In this document: positions 45,673 to 52,312 of the stretch, in pieces
How positions within the stretch are numbered: position 1 is the stretch's first letter
Layout of the letters: each line of letters begins with the position of its first letter
Origin: a virus
Taxonomy: Duplodnaviria > Caudoviricetes
Reading direction: 5' to 3' (one strand)
IMG/VR virus record: IMGVR_UViG_3300048852_000117
Span: 1 to 52,312 of that record
DNA length: 52,312 bases
Notes under the pieces: generated by a model
Databases searched by the model: none
What the model was told of the DNA's origin: nothing
Seen by the model: the letters and a program-made list of their open reading frames with translations, nothing else
Translations under genes and position numbers: made by a program

Positions 45673-46161
45673 ACAACCAGGAAAGCGGTTGCGCGATACG
45701 ATCATTTCCTTCCCTGCGACAACTCCTCTTCTGCCGGAGGCGTTGGTGTAAGCCCGCAAACTCTTTCCTTCCGGCACAGTTATGAGCACTTGATAACTTT
45801 CCTCGGTCGAACCATGGGAAGCCGTCCGGGCAGAAAGAAGCTCGTTGAACTGCTGAAGATCAATGCAGCAGATTTCCTGATCCTCAATGCACATCAAGCC
45901 GATGAAAATCTTTGGCTTCACCTCGGCCGCGTGGCGTATGGCTGCCACATGATCGGCCGTAAATGTGAACTGGTATTCACCGGTGTTTCTCTTGGGCTCC
46001 TGCCCATATTTCAGGAACAAGCAGGTGTCGGTGTTGATCAAGAAAGCGTTGTTGATTTTGGCATTTCCGATCTTCAACGGATTTATCGCTGTGAAGCTGT
46101 CGTGCTCAGCAATCTGCATGAGTGCAGCACCAAGATTTTGATGTTCCGTACGGATTTTCAT
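45661..46161 (-). CDS. Hypothetical 166-aa protein (antisense moron)
   Basis: RBS AAGGAG; AT-richer; opposite to the early operon. Confidence 0.75.
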   Translation of the reverse strand: MKIRTEHQNLGAALMQIAEHDSFTAINPLKIGNAKINNAFLINTDTCLFLKYGQEPKRNTGEYQFTFTADHVAAIRHAAEVKPKIFIGLMCIEDQEICCIDLQQFNELLSARTASHGSTEESYQVLITVPEGKSLRAYTNASGRRGVVAGKEMIVSRNRFPGCLFE

Positions 46162-46260
46162 TACTACTCCTTTGATCCGGCTCCATGCCGGTCACCCGTA
46201 ATACCCCATCCCAACGAATCACGCCAGCCCGGCAGCGACCGCGGCTGCCTGGAGCTCTTC

Positions 46261-46524
46261 ATGTTCAAGAAAGTATTCGATCAGTCCGGCACCTTCCAAG
46301 CCTATTACGCGGCAGTTCGCTGGCTTGAACAGAGTGGATACAGCTGCGGATCTACCTGCGTCGACCGCCCCTGCGGAATCCTAAAGGGCAGTTTCAGCAT
46401 CGCCAAGTGGCGGAACCTTACCAAGAAGGAAGTCGCTGAACTGGACGGCAAGCTGGATGGAGATTTCCGAGAAGGACCTATGACTGTGTACCTGAAAAAA
46501 GCACCAGACTCGGAGGCCGTATGA
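46261..46524 (+). CDS. Hypothetical phage protein
   Basis: RBS GGAG; IAKWRNL..LDG..GDFREGP motif. Confidence 0.7.
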   Translation: MFKKVFDQSGTFQAYYAAVRWLEQSGYSCGSTCVDRPCGILKGSFSIAKWRNLTKKEVAELDGKLDGDFREGPMTVYLKKAPDSEAV

Positions 46525-47444
46525 CCACCGCAATCGACCTGTTCGCCGGCCTCGGCGGATGGAGCACCGGCGCGCGCGCCGCAGGCGTCCAGGTTCTCTG
46601 GGCAGCCAACCACTGGCCTGTCGCCGTTGAATGGCACAGCGCCAATCACCCCGACACTCAGCACATTTGCCAAGACCTGCACCAGGCTCGCTGGGAAGAC
46701 GTGCCCGCGCACGACCTACTGCTGGCCTCGCCTTGCTGCCAAGGACATTCGAAGGCGCGCGGCAAGGCATCGGGCAACCCGCAGCATGACTCCAGCCGGT
46801 CCACGGCCTGGGCTGTCGTGTCGGCGCTGGAGTTTCACCGCCCCGAGGCGGCATTGGTCGAGAACGTTCCGGAATTCACGGAATGGGCGCTCTACCCTGC
46901 ATGGGTCGCAGCAGTCCAGGCGCTGGGCTACCAGGTCGCACCGCACGTCGTGGACTGCGCCGACCTTGGCGTGCCGCAGCACCGGGTCCGGTTGTTCCTC
47001 GTCGTCACCCGCAGTTGCGCACCTCTCATGCTGGAACTGCACAAGCACCAGCATGTACCGGCCGCCAGCTTCCTGGACTTCGGCGCTGGCAAGTGGTCGC
47101 CCATTGAGAAGCCTGGCCGCGCGCAAGCGACTCTGGACCGGGTTCGGAATGGCCGCGAGCGCTTCGGCGATCAATTCATCATGCCCTACTACGGCAAAGG
47201 ATCGGGCCTCACCGGCCGGGACATGAACCGCCCGATCGGCACCATCACGACGCTGGACCGCTGGGCTTTGGTGCGCGGCAGTGAAATGCGGATGCTCAGC
47301 GCGAACGAAGCGCTGGCGGCACAGACGTTCCCGCTCGACACGCTGCGTCCGGACAACCATCGACAGACGATGCACATGGCCGGCAACGCGGTCCCTCCCC
47401 TGGCCGGGCAGCGAATCATCGAAGCATTGAAGGCGGCCGCATGA
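46521..47444 (+). CDS. Orphan C5-cytosine DNA methyltransferase
   Basis: IDLFAGLGG, SPCCQGHS, ENV, GVPQHRVRLF, AGNAVPP. Confidence 0.93.
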   Translation: MTTAIDLFAGLGGWSTGARAAGVQVLWAANHWPVAVEWHSANHPDTQHICQDLHQARWEDVPAHDLLLASPCCQGHSKARGKASGNPQHDSSRSTAWAVVSALEFHRPEAALVENVPEFTEWALYPAWVAAVQALGYQVAPHVVDCADLGVPQHRVRLFLVVTRSCAPLMLELHKHQHVPAASFLDFGAGKWSPIEKPGRAQATLDRVRNGRERFGDQFIMPYYGKGSGLTGRDMNRPIGTITTLDRWALVRGSEMRMLSANEALAAQTFPLDTLRPDNHRQTMHMAGNAVPPLAGQRIIEALKAAA

Positions 47445-47531
47445 CCGCCTGTCACCGCTCCCACGGAAACCACCGGGCCTGCTCGAAGAAGCGTCAGGCC
47501 CTCTATGCGCAGTGCGCGAAGGAATTGTGAA

Positions 47532-48149
47532 ATGAGACAGGAATGCCAACAACCGCAAGCGCATCCAGCCCGTTGTGGGTGTGAACAGCTTGAGCGCAAC
47601 GCAGCCCCTCAACCGCCATCGCTCGGCGGTGAGCCGGAGGTGGTGGGTCGCCAGTGCTTTCCATCCGTTGCAATGGATAATCAGCCTGAATATTTCAAAG
47701 GGCCCTGGGTTGACGGAGGGGTCGGTCGGGAACCGCCGGATACGAGGCTATACCGAGTAGAGCCGCTGATTCGCCTGTCTGACCACAGCGCCAGCCTCGC
47801 CCCGTATCAGGCTGAGATCGAGCGGCTTCAATCTGAAAACGATCGACTTCTGGATGGGTTCTATCAGAAAGTTACCGACGAAGACCTCAAGCGTATTTCC
47901 GATTTCGTCGGAAATCCTGACCTGCCGAAAGCCTCATTCTTCATGAGGCCCGACGCAGCCAATCTCGCCAATACGACCATGCACATGGTCCGTGACGTTC
48001 AGGCTACCCGCGCTCGGGTTGCTGAGCTGGAAGGTTTGCTGCGTGATCTTGATGATGCGTGGAACAGCCATGACGGCAAAGAGCGTTTTGGCAAACTTAT
48101 GCAGAAAGTTGAAGCCCTATCCAAGCCAACTGAGGGCGCGCAGTCATGA
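47532..48149 (+). CDS. Hypothetical phage protein
   Basis: Co-oriented, coupled to the next gene; start uncertain. Confidence 0.6.
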   Translation: MRQECQQPQAHPARCGCEQLERNAAPQPPSLGGEPEVVGRQCFPSVAMDNQPEYFKGPWVDGGVGREPPDTRLYRVEPLIRLSDHSASLAPYQAEIERLQSENDRLLDGFYQKVTDEDLKRISDFVGNPDLPKASFFMRPDAANLANTTMHMVRDVQATRARVAELEGLLRDLDDAWNSHDGKERFGKLMQKVEALSKPTEGAQS

Positions 48150-48415
48150 GCCTATTCCAGTGCGAAGAGTGCGGATGCCGAGACAATACCTCTACCAGTG
48201 GCTACTGGTTCCGCAATGATGAGGGGAATCCGTGTCAGGGCCGCAAACTGTGCGCCGCCTGTGACCCCACCATCGGAAAATGGCATGGCGTGTTCAAGCG
48301 GAAATATCTGTCAAAAGGCGAGTTCTTCACCAATGCCCAAGGAAACCTTGAGCGCAAGAGCACTGGCCAGCTCTGCCACGAATACTTAGCAGAGGAGCAG
48401 AACAATGATCAATAA
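48146..48415 (+). CDS. Cys-rich zinc-binding hypothetical protein
   Basis: CEECGCRDNT..LCAAC..GKWHG. Confidence 0.7.
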   Translation: MSLFQCEECGCRDNTSTSGYWFRNDEGNPCQGRKLCAACDPTIGKWHGVFKRKYLSKGEFFTNAQGNLERKSTGQLCHEYLAEEQNNDQ

Positions 48416-48830
48416 ACCGAACAGCGGCGTGTATGTGTCGCGGGAGCTGCTGGAACGCATCGTCAATGCTATGCGTCCATACCCTGATGACTTTGATGGT
48501 GAGTTGGAGCTTATAGATCTGCTCGCCCAGCCAGCCGATCAGCAGGGCGAGCCCATAGGGTACATCGCAAAGGCCGTGCTCGAAGAACTACGCAACGGTT
48601 TTCACGTACCCGCAACGATCTGCTCGGGCACCAAGAGCCGTACCAATCGGCACCCTGGACCCGACGCGAGCTGGGACGTCCCAATCTACGCCCAGCCCGC
48701 CACGGCGAAGGCGGTGCTGCCTGAGCGAAAGCCTAAATCGTATTCAACGTCTGTTGGACTGATACCTTACCATGAAGGCTGGAACGCCTGCCTTGATGAA
48801 GTCGCCAAGCTGAACGGTGGCGAGCGATGA
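48405..48830 (+). CDS. Hypothetical phage protein
   Basis: VSRELLER, EGWNACLDEVAKLN motifs. Confidence 0.7.
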   Translation: MINKPNSGVYVSRELLERIVNAMRPYPDDFDGELELIDLLAQPADQQGEPIGYIAKAVLEELRNGFHVPATICSGTKSRTNRHPGPDASWDVPIYAQPATAKAVLPERKPKSYSTSVGLIPYHEGWNACLDEVAKLNGGER

Positions 48831-49015
48831 TTCCGCGAAAAGGCCGGCTGAGGCGGATGCTTGAGGTCTGGTTGATTCGGCTAGCTGCCGCGATTCTCAT
48901 GGGGCGCAACGTCCCGAGATCGATGGTTGTATCCCGCCGAGATAACAACGACATGTGGTACATGGCCGAGAAGCTCGAAGACATCGCCGACCGAATTTCC
49001 CGCCAGTACGAATAA
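48827..49015 (+). CDS. Hypothetical phage protein
   Basis: ATGA coupling. Confidence 0.6.
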   Translation: MIPRKGRLRRMLEVWLIRLAAAILMGRNVPRSMVVSRRDNNDMWYMAEKLEDIADRISRQYE

Positions 49016-49067
49016 CCCCTTCCCTACTTTTGAGCCTGCCGGTGATCGGCGGGCGGAGCGTATGCGC

Positions 49068-49619
49068 ATGATTATCGACGACGTTATAAGCGACAAGATC
49101 ACCCTGCACGGCCTTGGGTTCGTGCAAGTCCAATTGGAAGGCAGTCAGCGGCTGCACGTTTGGCATCCCGAGCTACCGCGCCGCGCCTGCTTCGAAGACT
49201 CCGCGATCCATGATCACAGGTTCGACTTTGTGTCCCGAGTGCTGGTCGGCACGCAGATCAACCACTGCTATGACATGCAGCGTGACGAGCAAGGCGACTA
49301 CATGCTCTATCTGCATGAGGGAAAGCGAACCGCAAACGGAGGCCGGCCATGGACTCCTGATGGTCGGGCGTTCTTGAATCATGCCCACACGTTCAGCGTT
49401 CGCGCTGGGAATGACTACAACACCGTTGCCTACGACTATCACCGCACAGAGCCAGGCGGCGACGGTCGAGTGGCAACCATCATGCAGAAGCGCGGCGAGT
49501 TTCCGCAGGGCGCTCATTCAACGTGTCGTCTCGGCATTCAGCCTGACACCGACTTCGATCGTTTCCAGTGGACGCCCGCCCAGCTGTGGGAAGTCGTGCG
49601 CAGCGTCCTGATCGGATAA
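49068..49619 (+). CDS. Cupin-like hypothetical protein
   Basis: RLHVWHP, IHDHRFDFVSRVLVG, YHRT His pattern. Confidence 0.7.
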   Translation: MIIDDVISDKITLHGLGFVQVQLEGSQRLHVWHPELPRRACFEDSAIHDHRFDFVSRVLVGTQINHCYDMQRDEQGDYMLYLHEGKRTANGGRPWTPDGRAFLNHAHTFSVRAGNDYNTVAYDYHRTEPGGDGRVATIMQKRGEFPQGAHSTCRLGIQPDTDFDRFQWTPAQLWEVVRSVLIG

Positions 49620-49655
49620 CCCCTTCTGCCGCCCAGCGCGGCCCGGAGCATCAAC

Positions 49656-49937
49656 ATGAATACAGCTTTTCTGCTGATGGCCCAATACAACGGCGCGGCC
49701 ATCATTCCTCTGGAGCGGGTGTGCCTGGATTATTTCAGCCACTTGACGCCGGAGAAGATGAAGATGAAAGTTGCGGCTGGCGAGATTGATCTGCCGCTGG
49801 TCAGGATGGAGAGCAGCCAGAAGGCAGCTCGCGGCGTTCACCTGAATGACCTGGCGCAATATTTGGATGCCCAGCATGCGAAAGCGCGGGCAGAACACGG
49901 CAAGCTGATGGGTCGAAATCTGCGCCGCGTTTCCTGA
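49656..49937 (+). CDS. PrtN-family protein, probable excisionase
   Basis: MNTAFLLMAQY..IPLERVC.DYF..SQKAARGVHL.DLA.YLD; last gene before attR. Confidence 0.85.
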   Translation: MNTAFLLMAQYNGAAIIPLERVCLDYFSHLTPEKMKMKVAAGEIDLPLVRMESSQKAARGVHLNDLAQYLDAQHAKARAEHGKLMGRNLRRVS

Positions 49938-50042
49938 GCAAACCCCCCTCGAAATACCCCCTTCTGCAACCTCTCCGCTTAATTCTTGCTAAAGCAAGGC
50001 TACCGAAACGGCTAACCTACTGACTTATATAAGCTTTTTTCG

Positions 50043-50135
50043 TCAGTCGGCCCGATCCATCATCGGCGCAACGGAAAATCTCCGAATTACCGGGTTCATT
50101 GGAGAAGCGAGATTTTCTGCGTGTTCCGCGTGCAT
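50043..50135 (-). pseudogene. dusA: Displaced 5' fragment of dusA containing attR
   Basis: Translates MHAEHAENLASPMNPVIRRFSVAPMMDRAD*; FSVAPMMD is the conserved DusA N-terminal motif. Confidence 0.85.
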
Positions 50136-50232
50136 TTACAAATCACCCATTAACTACTGTTTACCCTGGTGTTTACCTACTCTTTGTCGATCATTGCTGA
50201 AATTAAGCAACTCGTTCGCGAGAGTTAGCAAA

Positions 50233-50403
50233 ATGGGTGCTATCTCTATCCGCAAGCGCCACGGACGGCAGCACGGCGCACCATGTCCAGATCAGGATCA
50301 TGCGGAAGGGCAAAACAGTTTATCAGGAAACCCAAACCTTCGACCGCAAGACCGCTGGCAGAACAGGATCAAGAAGCGTGAAATCGACATTTTGGAACGG
50401 TGA
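50233..50403 (+). pseudogene. Decayed N-terminal fragment of a related integrase
   Basis: With frameshifts reads MGAISIRKR/TDGSTAHHVQIRIMRKGKTVYQETQTFDRKTA/QNRIKKRE, aligning to aa 1-50 of the integrase at 1..1107. Confidence 0.9.
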
Positions 50404-51403
50404 CCAACAGTGACCTACCAGCCCGAAGGCGACACCCGCGCCACCTGTACTTTCGCCCCGCGCACGTGCAATGAGCTGTCCTCAGCCCGCCCGCCGCTTA
50501 CGCAAAGCGCCAATGATGAGCAACGCCGCGTCAGGCACTAGCAGCCCAGCGACTGCCCACCTAAACCCCTTTCGACCTGACGCGTCAATTGCAGCAAAAG
50601 CACAACCCATTGCCAATAGAGGTGCGCCAGCACCGTAGAACGGGTTATCGACACTTGCCCATCACTGATCCTCCTGATGTTCCTCAACTAAACCCTACCA
50701 GTCCGCCAGTGATCGGCGGGCGGAGCTATGCACATGACTTACATCCTTTCCAGGGCAAACTTCGCCAGGCTCATTAGGCGGCACATCACTGCGCTGGTTA
50801 CCTTGTATAGCTGCGTCGCCCCCCTATATATCGGCCTATAAAGCGATACCCCTGAGAAGTGTTTGTCACGACCTGACAACAGCAATACAACAGCGGTTAT
50901 ATAAGCAAATCCTGACCAAATATTTTCTCCGCCGGAATGGCCAAAGCGTCTTGGACGCACTCGCAAGCAGAGCTGCGAACGAAATTGGTAAACCAGTGAA
51001 AACTGGCGCCAGTAAAGTGACGTGCACGCATACCGGCGCAACCCTCAAAAGCCGATCTCGATCTGCGTTTTTCGCTGCCGCCTGTCAGGAAAGCATCTGG
51101 CTCGCGGTTTTCAGACGCGCATATAGATTAGCTTATCAGTATCAATATGATATCATGCAGGCGCTTGACGATGCAGTGACATTCCTATAGTAGCCTCCTG
51201 TTCACACAGAGGTAGGAAATTTGTCAGATCGAGCGAGCATACTTGTAAATGCTCCAGCATATCGAATCGCCGATACAGCTTGCTTCTGTGCTTTGCCAGA
51301 TTCATGACAAACCAAAGTCCGGCATATATCGAATGCTCCATTCCAGTTAACGTCGAGAAATGGTTCGGTCGCCGATACGAAACACCTCGTCAAGGACAGC
51401 CTA

Positions 51404-51772
51404 ATGGCCAGAATTATGGACGAACTTGCAGTATCCCTTGGCAATAACGTTGAACATAGTAAAAAACTGACCCAGCTGATGCGCACCCCAGTGTCGCTTC
51501 AATCGAAACCGCAGTCTAAGGCTGACTGGTCGCAGGCGCCTCAGGGTGCCACGCATAGCTGGGTGTCGCCATCGGGACGACGGGTGTGGTTCAAACTAAG
51601 GAACCCTCACGATCTAGCGAGCCTGTTCCATGCCGGGAGATGGGTTGCAGACGTAAATTACTGCGTGTACTGGATGCAGCACCCTGACGCTGAAGCCAAG
51701 CCTGGAGACGACCCGTTCTTGGAACATGTATCCAATCATCCTGAGCGGTCTACCCGACTTCGGCGGTCGTAA
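51404..51772 (+). CDS. Phage-derived hypothetical protein or remnant
   Basis: ADWSQAPQGATH motif resembles the phage DWSKAP family. Confidence 0.45.
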   Translation: MARIMDELAVSLGNNVEHSKKLTQLMRTPVSLQSKPQSKADWSQAPQGATHSWVSPSGRRVWFKLRNPHDLASLFHAGRWVADVNYCVYWMQHPDAEAKPGDDPFLEHVSNHPERSTRLRRS

Positions 51773-52102
51773 CCTGCTGCATCCCACGCCTCTGGCGGGA
51801 CGCGCTGAAGGCATTATGCCGCTCACAAATCGTCAATCATCTGGCCTGATGCATGAGCTGGTTTATGTCCACTGGCCAGTTGCCTTGTGGCGGTATCTTT
51901 CTTTCGGATCGATACACGATTATTCCCTGTGGCGGTGTCCGAAAAGCCCCGGCAGATTTCTCTAACGAGGCTGGTTAGGTGATATGACAGCGCTTCCGGC
52001 ATCACTGATGATCAAGAAACCAGTCCGGTAGCATGATGCTCTCTGCTGCACGGAGCGCCATCATGCGCCAGACTCGCAGTGGACGAGCGGATACCCGGGT
52101 GC

Positions 52103-52312
52103 TCAGGCACTGCTACCGGGCGACGGCTCTTCCGCTTCATCCACCGGCGGATTGACCGGCATGTCCGGGTCGTCGGTCAGGTCGCCACGGGACAAGTCAC
52201 CTGCGTCGTCATCGTTGCGTTCCGCATCGGAATCTGGATAAACATCCTTGCCGCTCCCAGGCTCTGCAGGGCCTGGATAAGGACTTTCCGGCCCGTTGTT
52301 GTCGATTGCCAT
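52103..52312 (-). CDS. Small acidic Pro-rich hypothetical protein (probably host)
   Basis: High-GC codon usage; low-complexity 69 aa. Confidence 0.55.
   Translation of the reverse strand: MAIDNNGPESPYPGPAEPGSGKDVYPDSDAERNDDDAGDLSRGDLTDDPDMPVNPPVDEAEEPSPGSSA

Larger units (their letters stand above)
1..50075. mobile_element. Lambdoid siphovirus-type prophage integrated at dusA (left end outside window)
   Basis: Complete set of integration, lysis, tail, head, packaging, late control, replication, immunity and recombination modules; dusA 5' remnant at the right end. Confidence 0.95.

Noticed and set aside
46521-47444. Complete restriction-modification system
   Set aside because: No recognisable cognate endonuclease; orphan methyltransferases are common in temperate phages
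49656-49937. PrtN-like gene as evidence that the element is a tailocin
   Set aside because: Head, packaging, replication and integration genes are all present; position next to att fits an excisionase
50404-51400. Short ORFs right of the integrase relic
   Set aside because: No motifs or convincing RBS, conflicting overlaps; likely degenerate DNA

Overview
Almost the whole window (<1 to ~50,075) is one apparently intact lambdoid, siphovirus-type prophage. Its gene families suggest a Pseudomonas host. It is integrated in the 5' end of dusA: the displaced 'RRFSVAPMMD' fragment lies at 50043-50135 and attL is outside the window on the left. Gene order: integrase; endolysin and spanins; tail; head and terminase; com + lectin-like bacteriocin; holin-like pair; hicAB; Q/nin; replication; cro/cI; accessory block; pL early operon (Rad52-like recombinase, Gp157, C5 methyltransferase); xis-like gene. 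A decayed second integrase of the same family follows attR. Best candidate for a new system: the portal protein carries a C-terminal Acb1-like 2H phosphoesterase behind an acidic linker that ends in a putative Asp-specific head-protease site, which suggests an anti-CBASS enzyme packaged in the virion. Other leads: a Com-LlpA cassette with a structured antisense RNA, a Schlafen/AlbA_2-GHKL-wHTH gene in the rex position, a methyltransferase moron frameshifted in a T-tract, a LexA-boxed DUF1654-like gene, and several small morons. All family assignments come from motif recognition and gene context; no database searches were run.
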